From NCBI GenBank assembly GCA_013265495.1, contig MU058059.1, positions 2,455,502 through 2,519,501 of the forward strand: a stretch of DNA of 64,000 nt, read 5' to 3'. The notes beneath the pieces are model-generated. The model searched no databases and was not told the origin of the DNA. It worked only from the letters and a program-made list of their open reading frames with translations. This DNA is from Vicugna vicugna (taxonomy: Eukaryota). Of this stretch, positions 1-12,622 are shown in pieces; position 1 is the first letter of the stretch, and every line of letters begins with the position of its first letter. The position numbers and the translations under genes were made by a program.

Positions 1-193
1 ATATAAATGGGAAAGTGTTAATTCCTTTAAAGGTCAGAGCCTTGAGAAGGGGCTCTCCTGTATATTCCAGGCTCCAGGGAACATTCTTTTAGAAAAGGTG
101 CAGAACCAGCGTCTCTAAGCACCAGAAACGGAGCACAGGTTTAGAGCCAAAGGAACAGATCTAATATAGAGTCAGGTTTGTTCTTCCCTATGA
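1..193. mobile_element. ERV-type LTR fragment, cut by the window edge
   Basis: Ends in tagagtcaggtttgttcttccct and shares tagagtcaggttt with the end of the LTR-like element at 15564-16021. Confidence 0.5.
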
Positions 194-3094
194 GAAGAAT
201 GACTTTTTATGAGAGCCTGTTCCTAGAGTTTTCCAAAGTATGTGGGACTAGTTAATGCTTCACGTTCTTTTCAGTAAGTTAGTGTTCAGTAGAGGGTTCT
301 CTGGAAACCTGTGAAGTTGCTTGCTGCAGGGAGGCCAGAAATGAAGCGACTGGCGAGCAGTAGGGGGACCTGCGGGGCTTTGAGTGATCGCCCACGTGGT
401 GTCTGACCGTGTGTGGTTGTTCTGGAAGCTTCTAATTGGAAGGCCGCGCTTCAGGAATATCCTGAAAGCTGAGGGTCCAGGGTCTTCCTGCGCGAGAGGC
501 TGGGCAGGCCAGTCTGTGGCACTTGGTCAGGGAAGCTTGTGGTTCTGTAGTGAAAGGGAAACGAGCGCTGAAACCACAGCACCGACACCGCTCCGTCCTG
601 GGCAGATGGCGTTGTTCTGGAGAGCCGCATGTTCAAGATGGGTCACGGGTGACCCTGCCAGTACCAGCAACCACTTTCACCGCTTTTAGGTGAACATCGT
701 TCTGAGCTCTGTCAGGAGCCCGCTGCCTTGCTGGCGTACGCTGACGGGTTAGAAGCGCAGGTGGTCACTAAGAGCAGAAAGGGTTTCCCGCAGACCTGCT
801 GCAGCGGAGTGGGTGCCACGCCCGGGACGGCCCCGGGCTGCGGCGCTGAGACTCTTTGTCTCGAGTGTCTTTTCTGTTTTACAGCATCTTCCCTTTTGAG
901 AACCCACTTTCCTCATTGTTGCCAGCATGTCTGCTTTTAGTGGTCTCTTCCTTTCTTGTGACTTTTTTGAAGGTTCAAAAAGCAGATAATACAATCTTTC
1001 TGTACTTGGCGAGAATGGGCTCTGAGTCATCCGAACGCATGCATGGACTCGATGACCTCTGTCTGGGCTGTTCAGGGCTTTTGTTTTGGTATCGTGACTC
1101 GCTAGGACTTAATTTCTCATGTTGCTGGTAGATAATTTGCTTCAAAACAGATGGATCCCCCATCTTCTCATCTGTTCATTTCACTGTTCACCACAAAATA
1201 TAAAGTCTGATAAGAAAATCTGAAAGATTAAACCAATGGAATGATTTTTATTTGAAAATACGATAAAACCCATTTAAAATTTTTTTCCGTACTGATTTTT
1301 AAGTATTCTTTGCCTTTAGTTGAGTTTTCTCCTCTGGGTGTGGAAATAACTCTCCCTAATGAGAGATTTAAAGATGCTCTCTAAAATGCTCTCCAAAAGA
1401 ACCGCCTCTCTGGCAGTTATCTCCCACGGGGTAAAGTAGCTTTCAAACCCCTCACAGTAACGGTTAGTTCTAAAGTATCTGACCCGTTTGTGTGCCAGGT
1501 GGGAGTTCAGCTCCCAGGAAGATCACTTAAGGCAGCAATGCAGCTCTTGAAAGAAGTTTTGTAAAAGCAAAACACCAAGAGAGAACAAAGCTTTTTAATG
1601 TGAACCATTGTGGCTTCTGGAAGAGCTCAGTTGCTCACTTGGAAGACATACTGCGATTCCTGAAACAGCTATGGAAGTGCTGTCCTCATGGGGTCCAGTC
1701 ACATCTCAAGTTCAGTGGTTGCCTTCAGGTTAATCCTTCTCAAGTTTGCACAGTGAATAAAGTGGATTGCAAGTATTCCTTCATCCTCCAAGACCAGGAA
1801 GATCATTATTTGCATTTGTGTGGAGTTTTGCAATGTCTCAGTGGTCGTCTAGGTGGAGTTCTTAATCTACCCTGACAATAGTCCTGAAGTTGCCTTGGCC
1901 ACTCTTTTCTGCATTGTCTCTCTGCCACTCAGTGATGTGAGTATCTCTCTGACATATACTTGTAACTTTGTATTCTAAGTACTTGATTACATGGTTGCCT
2001 ACTCTGTTAGACATGTCTTCCTCATGCCCAATATCAGTGGCTGTTACCTGCAGGGATCTCACAAGTATTTGTTGAATGAGCAAATGCTGAACCCCGAGCC
2101 CACTTTCCTTCCACCTCTGGTCTGGCTAACTACTCATCCGGGGAGATTCCCTTCCTCTGAAGAGCTGCGACCAAGTCCAGGCACTTACTGCTGGCCACTC
2201 AACAGGCCAGTAAACTGAGTGAGGATTCAGGCTTCTTTTATACTAAGGCGGGGGTGGGATGGTTGGTTGCTGCAGACTTCTCAGTGCCAACAAGACCCTG
2301 GAAGACGTGACAACCCTTTGTCCTTACAGCTGTCCACATAGGTCCGGTCACAGTGTTCCTGTAAACCTTCAACAAGAGGCAGAGCCTCGAGAAAGGGCTG
2401 TTAGGTTTATTGCAGGCTCTGGGTAACACGCTTTGATGAGACAGAGGGGCAGAGCCAGCATGACTAAGCACAGGCGGCAGAGCACAGAGGCTGGAGCTAA
2501 AGGAGCAGCTCCAGGGTGGGGCCAGTTTGCTCCTCTCCGTCACAGAGCCGTCGCTGACACCCACTCCCCGAGCTGGCGTTAGTGCTCCTTTTCTTTCTCA
2601 ATGACCCTTGGTTGGAACAGCTCTACCACTACTCATGCCTGTGCAATAAAGAATTTTTTGACCTGCCTCGCTGGAATTAAGAATGGAGCCTGAGTCTCAT
2701 TCAACTTTGAACCAGCGGTGCCTACTACAATGCCTGGCACACAGGAGTTGCTCAATACGTGTTTATAAATTTAAGGAATAGAAGACGACCAGGTTGGAAT
2801 TGCCTTGCTCAGAAATGTGGAATGTGTTGTGGAGGTACTTGTGAAATACTTAAAGTTCACTGTTTCTTCCTAGTGTGTCAATTATATAAATGAAAAAGAG
2901 GAAAAATTAAAGAAAAAATATTGCTACCAATAAGACATATAAAATGGCTTTAAATATACCCATGCCATTTCTTGTTTCTGATGCATTCAGGCAGTTAATC
3001 CAATAGTTAATCTAGTGCCCACCATATGCCAGATAATATACAAGGTTGCAGATATCCCCAGATATGCACTAGATGTAAAGTTTTATCTACCAGA

Positions 3095-3275
3095 AACACA
3101 TAGCAATTCTAAACTCGCATGTACCTACTAACAGAGCCTCAAATATATACGAAGCAGAAACTACAGAACTACAAGGAGATACAGATAAATCCATAGTCAA
3201 AGTGGGAGAATTTAGTACCTCTCTCAGCAACTGATGGAACAAGAAAACAAAATAACACCAGTAAAGATACAGAAG
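3095..3275 (+). mobile_element. Old LINE-1 fragment (ORF2 endonuclease region)
   Basis: Degenerate translation ILNSHVPTNRAS...ELQGDTDKSIVKVGEFSTSLS resembles L1 EN ILNIYAPN...MGDFNTPLS. Confidence 0.75.
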
Positions 3276-4607
3276 TACAGAATTTACTGTTTTGCTTTTT
3301 GTCAGGTAAAATTCAATTGTCAGCATAATGTAGAATCACTGTTTTCCTACATCATCTGAGCTAAGAATCAGCTTGGACACTGTCAGCTCCTCAGCCTCTC
3401 AGCCTCCCTTCAGACATAAATTCCTTTGATTGTAACTCCAAATGTCCCCTTTACCCTTCCCCTCTTCTCCAGCATCAGAGCCCTAGACCGGCTGCTGTCA
3501 TTGGTCACTCTTCCTAGTGTTTCCCCTGTGTAGTGTAGACAGTTACATTCTTGTTCACTTATATTCAAGTTACTGTGTAACTCTATCCAGTGTGTTTGTG
3601 TCCACATGGTCTGCTCCTCCATCTGGGTTAAAAGCAATACCTTGTAAACGTTATTCACAAAAATGCTGGCTTAATGAAAAGAGGAATTCGTCCTGAATAA
3701 AATAAAAATACCCAAGATACTCCGTATTTGTAACTCTTCTGCTTGTCTGCCAGTTTGATTACCAGCAGCTGTGAATGTGTTATTTGTACAATAATGAATG
3801 TTAAGAATGCTTCTCGTGGGGACTTGTGACAAAACATGTAAATGGGGGACTCTTTCTTGAGGAAGAAGACGGGTGTACGAAGCATCGTTGAGCACCTCTC
3901 TGATTCATCAGGAATGTCTCTGACCCCTAGACTCTTTTAGCACTTAGCAGATAATGTTTGTCTTCTCTCTGGTTGTGTACACCAAGGAAATTGGACATCT
4001 GTTTTGAATAACTTGACCTTAAATCGCATTTTTAAGTAAAGCCGCATGAATGTTATTATATCATTTTATTGCATTAGGAAGCAACAAGAATAAACAATAT
4101 CCTCTGGGCTTCTGAAGAGATCCAGGGGTGATCTCATGGTTTTTACTGTATTAAATGTCTTCATTAAAATTCACATTTTCTAGTGAACCTTGGTTTTTAA
4201 ACCAAGTTTTTAAAGAAATATATCTTATTCACATCTCTTTATTTTGCATTTTGCCCCTCTTTATTTTTTCTTAAGTACGCAAGTAACTCTTGCAAAGTCT
4301 TGTTTACTTAAACTTAAGCAAACTCTTGTTTACTTAAGAAAAAAATAACAAAATGAATTTTGGCTCCATAATGCCACCTTAAACATGATGGGTTTTAATT
4401 TTTTGCTTTTAAAGAAGGGAATAGCTCCTGTGATTTCAGCATAGATTAATTTTATTTTTTAAGAGTTATCATTCAGAGCTGAAGATGATCCTTAGTTTCT
4501 AGTCCCTGTTTTTGTTCCCTTAAATTTAATTTTCTCCAAAGAGCATAGGCCACAAATATTTCGTTAACTGACTCTGAGATGTGCTATGAAATCTTGACTT
4601 TTAGGTT

Positions 4608-4808
4608 AGGTTAAAACATAAGCCCTAGAATCAGACTGGCTGGGCTAAAATCCTGGTTTTCTGTATGACCTTGTGGAAGGTGGTTCACCCTTCTGAACAT
4701 GCAATGGTGGTAACACTCCTCCGCTCCATGGGCTATTGAGGGGATTGAATAAAAGAATGGATATTCAGTGCTGAGCAGAGTGAGTGGCGCGTGGCAGGCC
4801 CTCGGCAA
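4608..4808 (+). mobile_element. MIR SINE
   Basis: MIR-like core: ggttaaaa...agaatcagactggctggg...tatgaccttg...ctattgaggggattgaataa. Confidence 0.7.
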
Positions 4809-6312
4809 GCAGTCACGGCGGTAGTGACGGCAAGGCAGCAGTAGTGTGAAGAGGGGGTCGTGAGGACCATCCACGCCTGGAGCGGGGAAGGCCGAGAGGC
4901 AGCTTCCTCTGGGCTCAGACCCGGTTCTCATTAGCCTGTCTGCTGTCCTCTGAAGTGACAGGGCCTCTCTCTGTAAGCCACTGGCCGATACCATTAACAA
5001 ACATCATGTTCCTATTTTCCATGTCTGGAGCAGGTGTTTAGTATTTATAATCCCATAAATCAAAAGCCTGGAAACTTGGAGATGCATGTACCATTTGGCA
5101 ACCTGACGTGCGGGGCTCTGTCTGTAGAAGAGCAGTGTGTTCACACTGATGTTATTGAAACATGCATTGCAGCAGGCGCAGGCATTGAAATCATCGAGCG
5201 GGGGCCAGAAGTCCATATTGGCCTAGCGAGCTGTCCATGCTGTGTTATTGGTTAAGGGACAAAACAAACTACAGAGGAGGGTGTCTGGCTATTATTCTTT
5301 GCAAAGCATAGGAAGAGGCTAAAAAATACTCACATCATAGATGTGGATATGTGAGTGTATGTGTGTGAAGAAGGATTCTGAAGGAAGCACACTGTTACCT
5401 TAGTGGTATCCGTTTGTGACTGAGTGGAATAAGTGGTCCATTTTCCCTTTGTCATCCTTTATGTTTTACTTTTTATAGTGGCATGTGTTACTTTTGTTAC
5501 TTAAAAAAGTAAAGGAAAAAGAGCACAGGGCAAGAAAGAACTGGGTCTGTGTGTGGCAAAGTCTGCAAGGATGCTTAAAATTTGGTTGTCTGTTTCTTTG
5601 CTGTTGTCAAAGCTAAATACAGAGACTTTTCCCTGGGATTTTTCCCAAGGACGCAGTTATTTCTCCTGTAAGCAAATCAATGCATCATCAAGTGAGTACA
5701 TTTTGAAAGGAGCTTAATAAAAATGAATAATTTAAGTTGGTTACAATTTAAGCTATATGAAATTGACTTAAAAGGGAAAATAAAATGTGCTAGAGACGGG
5801 AGTGGGGGGTGAGAAACCTCTTCAGAACTCCAGAGGAGAGAAAGTTATTTCAAAACCTTAGCTCTTAATAGAAATGTAAGAATTTATGCTGCATTCTGAA
5901 GGAAAAAACAGCTAAAAGCTAAATAGTGGAACTGCCATAAAAGTAATTTTCCACCCAACCAAGCAAGAAGTGGTGACAGAATGGTACATCTGAATTTGTT
6001 TCCAAATCAGCTATCTAATGGACTAAATCAAGATGTACTGAATTGAACTATTTTCATTAAACCACAGTTCCTATAGGTTGGAAATACTGAGAGAGAAAGC
6101 CAACAGCTTCTTTCTGAAATTCTTCACGAATGATAAATGAAATATCTAACAGTTGGTAAATTGTTCAATATGTTATATTATATCCAAGGATACCAGGGTA
6201 TAAATGAAGCATTTTGGGTAATATGCACCATTCTTGCCAATAACTTGAATGAGCTTTGCATCTTTCCTCCTTTTTCAGTAACTTTGTAAAATCCATTCTC
6301 TCTTTCTCTCCC

Positions 6313-6378
6313 TATGTATGTGTACGTGTGAGTGTATGTATAATATGTGTGTGTGTGTGTGTGTATGTGTGTGTGTGT
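6313..6378. repeat. (TG)n microsatellite, imperfect
   Basis: Read directly from the sequence. Confidence 0.9.
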
Positions 6379-6619
6379 AATTCACAAACTTCACATTGAT
6401 ATCAACACATTCTTAGGTGATTTTTAACAAATTAGTTTAGCTCAGATTAGATTTTCAAATCGATTATCCTTTTTTAAATCTCATGTCCAACACGCTCTCA
6501 GAAAGATACATTAATTTTCTGTAATACATTTTCAGTGACATAACATGACCCAAAATTCAGCCCATTTAGATATTGTTAGCTCAAAACATGTTTTAACTAT
6601 ATAAAACTTTAAATCCGAA

Positions 6620-6895
6620 ATGGCTAGCTTCTGCGGCCTAATACCATGACCTCAAAGTTGGTGTCTTAAAATAATACCTGTAGCTGCCAGTTCTGTGGGT
6701 CAGCCGTTTGGGCTGGGCTCAGCTGAGTGGGTCTGTGATCTGGGTCATAGAGGGCCAGAACATCTTGACTGGGCTCCTCTGTGCCTCAGCCATCAGCTGG
6801 AGGTCGGGGTCAGCTGGAGCCTGGCTGGGAAAGCTCATCTCTGCCTCACAGGGTCCCTGTCCTCCAGCAGGTGGCCTGGACCTGTTCACCTGGTA
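6620..6895. mobile_element. MLT1-family (ERVL-MaLR) LTR fragment
   Basis: ttctgtgggtcag...tttgggctgggctcagctg...cctccagcagg is a typical MLT1 sequence. Confidence 0.6.
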
Positions 6896-7044
6896 GACTT
6901 AGGTTTATATATCACAATTAGACTTTATTTCTTTATGCTCACTTATTATGTGTGTATATATATATGTATATATACACACATACCTATATATATATAGGTT
7001 TTATATATATGGGGGGGAATTTAACTAATAATCTCTTCACGTTG

Positions 7045-7290
7045 GAGGCAGCTTGGTGTACTGACGAAGAGCACAGAATCTGAGCGCATTTGTCTGGAGG
7101 TCACAGCTTACCTCTAGCCCTTACTAGCTCAATTATCTTGAACAAGTTTCTTAACCTCCCTGTACCCCAGCTCCCTCATCTTCTGTAAGGCTTAAAAGAG
7201 TTAATATAAGTAAAACACTTGGAAGACTGCCTGGTACACACTAAATATACATATCTGTGTGTGTATATATATATGTTAGCTATTGTTACT
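7045..7290 (+). mobile_element. MIR SINE
   Basis: gaggcagcttggtgta...ttactagct...ttgaacaagtttcttaacctccctgtacccc...tgcctggtaca. Confidence 0.75.
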
Positions 7291-7729
7291 CATCATGTTA
7301 ACAGTCAATACATTTGCCTGTTTATCTGAAAATTCTTAATAATTAGTTTTATAAATACAGCTCACCTCTTTCACAATCACCATGAATTACTGTAACATTT
7401 AACCCTTGCAATAAAAAACAATGTGCATGTATAATTCCGTGAATTTGGTAAAATATTAACTCAGATTTTTCTTTCTGAATTACACCTGGAATTACTGTGT
7501 ATATTTGAGAATTAGTATTTGGATATTGAAAATGAACCTGAATGGTGTACCTGGCTTGTTAAGCTAAATGGATACAGATGATGGGGGTCTGTGTGGTCTC
7601 ATGAGCCATAAGTGACATAACTACAGGAGGGCCAGAAATTACCTTGAAATAGGTGTCCAGCTGTTCCACCTCCCTAAGCTAAATCCAAACACGTTCGGAT
7701 AAAAACTGGGGCCAAGGCCAAACTTGGGC

Positions 7730-7945
7730 CCATGCCTACTCTGTACTAGGCACTCCTCTAAGAAGCGTTCTAAGTGAATTAACTTATTTAATTCACTGAA
7801 CAACCTCTTTGAAATGGGGACAGTGTCATCCCCACTTCCTCAGTTAGGAAACTGAGGCATAGCCAAGTCAGCTAACGAGCTCAGTGTCATTCCGTAAGTG
7901 ACCAAGTCAAGATCCAGATATGGGCTCCTGGCTGCAGAGCTCCCG
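7730..7945 (-). mobile_element. MIR SINE
   Basis: cctactctgtactaggcact...atccccact...ggaaactgaggca is the reverse-orientation MIR core. Confidence 0.75.
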
Positions 7946-10733
7946 CCCTTCCAGCGAGCTCGAGCGCCCCTGTGTCCTGTCCTGCACCAGGAGGAGTCCC
8001 TTACCTGCCCTCAGCACATCTTTCCCAGTAGGCACTCACTCTTCTTGCTCCATAGATGAATCGTCTCCAGCTTCTCCCCAGCCTGCGCTTAAGGGGCCCA
8101 AAGCGTGACCCTCTTTACCGTCCTGCTATAGGAACGCGGGAAAGATCACCTGCTTCTTTCCTGAACATGTCCAGGAACCTCATCAGAACCTCACAAATGT
8201 TCAGTTTTGAAATTTTTACGTAATTGAGAAATGTACTCATGTTTAAGACTATACTGGACCTTTGCTTTCGTTGACATTTCTTGATTTTGTGGTGAGGACG
8301 AGTATTTTCCAGAGCACCTCTTCTCTAATGGATTTCTGCTAATGCAAATTGCCTTTTCATGTCATTTGCTAATTATTTGTTGGTCTCTTAATGCTTTTTT
8401 CTGATTAATTAATCCAACAGATTCCTTGAATTCCGGACTGTTTTGATCACTTGTAAATTTCATATTGTATCATCAGTTTAATGTAGAGACGGGTTTAAAT
8501 CTCCTCTTCTAACTACCGTTGTTAGGTTTTGATTAATTCCTTCTTTCTGATTGTTCGAGTCCCTGGGGGGCTCTGTCCTCTGACCCAGCCAGGCTCAGGA
8601 AGCATCTTCAGCAGCGTCTGTGGTTTCCTCTTCAAGAGTGTGAGGAGCTCCAAACCAGGGTGTTAGCAGAACTCTTGGAGTCTTTTGGAGGATGACTTTT
8701 TATGACAGAGGATCACTTAGCTAGCTCCTTTTGAGTACCACTAGCAGGCTCTCTTTAAGCTGAAAATGTCAAAGATGATGCACTTCTAAATAAAATATTT
8801 CAGTTTGGTTTACATTTCCTATAGGAGCCCACTGTGGCTTGTCTTCTTAAAGCAAGGCAGAGTTTAGCTGGTAGCCTATCACCAGATACACATGTGGAAA
8901 AAAAAAATCACCTCTAAATCAACAGTAATTTAGGAGGAAAAAAATAAGTGGAAATGTATATTGTGAAGGCTTGTGTCATTCTGAGATGTAGAACAAAAAT
9001 GAACAAGTTTCTAAAACTGTCAATCAGTAAGAAGCTTGAGAAATTAAGCAGCCTCTTAAGAACCGTCTAACTGGTCTACCTGTCACTTCCCCATTGTTGC
9101 ACATGTGGTTCATTTCCTGAGATAGTCATTAGCATCATCAGATAGTTAAAAGGTTATGTTTGCTTTCCTCTGTCTGTTCTCCACTTGTAAATTACAAAGC
9201 ACACACCTAGTATTTTGCAGCAAAGTCACCGAAGCAGTTTGTCTGGGTGACAGACTGTATAACACGAGTTAGTTAGTTCTCATTAAAGCTTCACTTTTCT
9301 TATGGAAGGAGAGCACGTTACTTCTCTTGGTGGAACCCCCAGGGTTTCTTCCATTTTCCAGGAACCTCTGATTCCTTCTTTGTCTCTCATATGTTATGTC
9401 TCTTTTTTTTCCTGTGAATTTCTGGTTGACGATTCTAGGTTCTAAATCCACAAATTTTATGGGCACTTCAGGCTGTAGTAATGTAAATATTGGTTAACCG
9501 AGTGGATCTGATGTGTTATTTGTGAATTTTTTGTTTGTTTCTGTGTGCCATACAAAATATTTAAAATATATTAGACAGCTAAGCTGGGATATTCTTGCTG
9601 GATGAATCAGTCCAAGTTTTGTTGTTGCAGTTCTCAGAATGTCCAGTCCATGAGGCACACTCAGATGAGTCGTGCCGTGGCTAAAAGTGACTAGTTCAGG
9701 CGAATGAGTGTATTTTGGTCACTTTCGTGTTTTTATGAATAATAATTAATACAAAATACTCATCAGTTATGCTGTGAATCACTAAATAGACAATTGCATC
9801 TCTTTGGGGTATTTAACTTAAATGTCCAGAAGCAAGTGTTTTATGCCCATTTTAGGTGTCAGCTATGCCCTTGATTAATTTATAGCACCTAGATTGACCT
9901 GGAATTCCCTCGGGAAGCACAGAGTGCTGGGTACCAACTAGCCAGTATGACTTAATAAGAAGACTTCAGGCCACAGGAGCCCCGAGACTTCTTCCGGCTG
10001 GGAGCACCTCTTGGACTCTTCAGGAGGGAAGAGATTGTGCAGTTGGTTAGAGTTTAGCCAGGGCTTCCCTGGGAGGTGGTGTTGCATATTTGCAATCGTA
10101 CTGTATTTTCACTAGTATTTTAGGAAAGAAATCAGAAATCAGTGCAACTAACAGATGTTCTCCTTGCTCAGTAATTATTGAGAATCAACAGGCAAGGCAA
10201 GAAGAGAGAGGGCAAAAATAGAAAGGGAGAGAAGACATTTGGATAAAGGGACAATTTTTTTTAACAAAGTTTTATTCTCTAGTGGTTGCAGAACATGTCT
10301 TTAACTTTTGTGCTCGGGTGACATTTTTTAAGGGGGCCCTGAAGAGGCAGTAGGAAGGATGCTTGACACCTGGTGTGCAGAATAGGAGTGTGGCCGTGGA
10401 GAGGAGCCGTCTCATCAGGCTGACACGGGTGCTAATCAGTGTTTTAAAGGGCTGGTGGCACCTCCCCACAGAGGTTTTGTTCCCTTTGTGCTTTGCTCCT
10501 GAGTTCATTTATTTCTCCACAGGCCTTCATCCTCCCATTTCCCAAGGTTTCTCATCAGAAAAGACATATTCTTTAGGGCTGTTGTCAGGACCGGCTGGGG
10601 AGCAGGAGGGGGGACGTTGCCTTGTATTTTGACATTTGAGGGAGGAGAGCACATTTAAAATTACAAATTAAAGAGAAAAAGCTTTCTCCCTGGGAAGGCA
10701 GAGCACAGGGTAGATCTTGTTGGTTTGGGGGGC

Positions 10734-10825
10734 TGTGTGTGTGTGTGTGTGTGTGTGTATGTATGACTGGGACTTTATGCTGTATGCCAGAAATTGACAC
10801 ATTGTCTGACTATATTTCAATTAAA
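10734..10825 (+). mobile_element. (TG)n plus extreme 3' end of a lineage-specific L1
   Basis: atgactgggactttatgctgtatgccagaaattgacacattg...gactatatttcaa matches the 3' terminus of the L1 at 49408-49912. Confidence 0.75.
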
Positions 10826-12283
10826 TATTAATATTTAATTAATTAATAACGCACACAATTCTCTCTTCCTGCTGCATTTGTTGTATGCACAAAGTTTCTC
10901 CAATGGAGGAGGAGAATTCTTGCAGTTTCCTCAGCCTCTAACAATTCAGAGCCTCTGCCACACCCATGCAAATTTTAATGATGAGGTAGAAGGGAACAAC
11001 TAATAAGATGTCGCTATTGCTGCTGTCACAATGATGGCAGACAGCCTCCCTCATCAAAAACGTTTGCCAGTGGAAGTGATTAAGCTAAATTTAATTCACC
11101 CCAAAATTCCAGAATATGAACGTCGCATGGTCCCTTTTCAGAGAAACCAATAATTATTCTTAAAGACCTTCAAAGTCTGCCCGTTTCTGAAGCCGACTCC
11201 ATTCCGTGGAGCTCTTTTCATTTGCCTGCAGTCTTATATCTGCCACTTCTGTACTGGGTGACTTAAGGGTGTTTTGTTATCTGAACACAAACAGAATTTC
11301 TGTTTTCATTTGAATTCTGCTTTCTTTTATTTATTTGCTCAGTTGGAATGTTTCTGGTAGGGAAGAAAATTGAGGCAAGGAAGTACCTATGAGAGAGACC
11401 CGATAACTCTTTGAAAAATGCATTTCCTCACAGTCAAAACATTGAAGTAGAAGATGAAAATTAAACATTCACCCATATAGGGACATTAAAAAAAAACAGA
11501 CTTAACAGTCTAGAATTGAATATCAGTGTTTTGAATTCTTTAAACATCAGCTAGTGAGTTACTTTACTTCATAGCTAGTAGGTGATAAATTCAGGCAATT
11601 AAAAGGCCTCTCTCCTTCTCGGCTGCCATTCCTTAAGGCACAGGTGGGAATCTGCCCCGGGATTCTGAATTGCTAGACCAGGCTAGCCTAAGTGTTCACA
11701 CTTTCTGTACGTTCACCATAGGATGAGGATGCAGCACTGCCAGAGAAGTACTTATGCTGCTGAAGTGTCACCTTCTATACTTAGAAGCCACACAGGAAGT
11801 CCTCATGACCACACACACACACACGTAAAGAATCTCCTGCCCAGCGCTCAACTGAAGGGCCAAGATTGATTTGAAGATTTTGTAAAACTTCAGTACTAAA
11901 GTTCTTCTCTTGTAAAGAAAGGAAACTTAAACCTCACCACTTAGGTGAAACAGGAGAGGACCAGCAGGGCTGAGCTGTGGACAGGCAGGCTGAAATACGA
12001 AGAGCTAAAGGCTGAAGAACTGCAGGGAATTTAGAGAAGCCAGGCGTAGCCTCAGGAGGTGTGAGGCCGCAGAGTCAGGATAATCACGGACAGTTCTGGA
12101 GCTTGTGCTCAGGGCAAGTGTTGTCCTGGGCGCCCTTGTTTGCATTAATCATTCATTGTGAAGCTGCATAGAAATACCAGTTGAGTGATCCTGGAGGAAG
12201 GGAAAAGGGACTTCTCAGGGGACCATACCCCAGGGAACAGGTGCTCGGGAAAGAGAGACTTTTCCTCTAAAAAACAGTCTGTT

Positions 12284-12622
12284 AGAGAAAGACAAATACT
12301 GTACAACATCACTTATAGGTGGAATCAAAAAAATACAACAAACTAGTGAGTATCACAAAAAAGAAGCAGACTCGGTACAGAGAACAATCTGGTGGTGACC
12401 TGTGGGGAAGGGCAGGAGGGGGAGGAGAGGAGTGGGGGATTAAGAGATACAAACTCTTAGGTATAAAATAAGCTACAAGGACATAGGGTACAACACGGGG
12501 AATGTAGCCAGTATTTTATAATAACCATAAATGGAGCGTAACCTTTAAAAATTGTGAATCACTATATTGCACACCTGTAACTTACGTAACATTGTACAGC
12601 AACTGTACTTCAATTTAAAAAA
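12284..12622 (+). mobile_element. LINE-1 3' end (5'-truncated)
   Basis: gagaaagacaaatactgta...atcacttata..tggaatc...gaatcactatattgcacacctgtaact...tacttcaatttaaaaaa. Confidence 0.85.

Noticed and set aside
700..860. Small CpG cluster near the window start
   Set aside because: Too short and sparse to call an island; no convincing promoter architecture.
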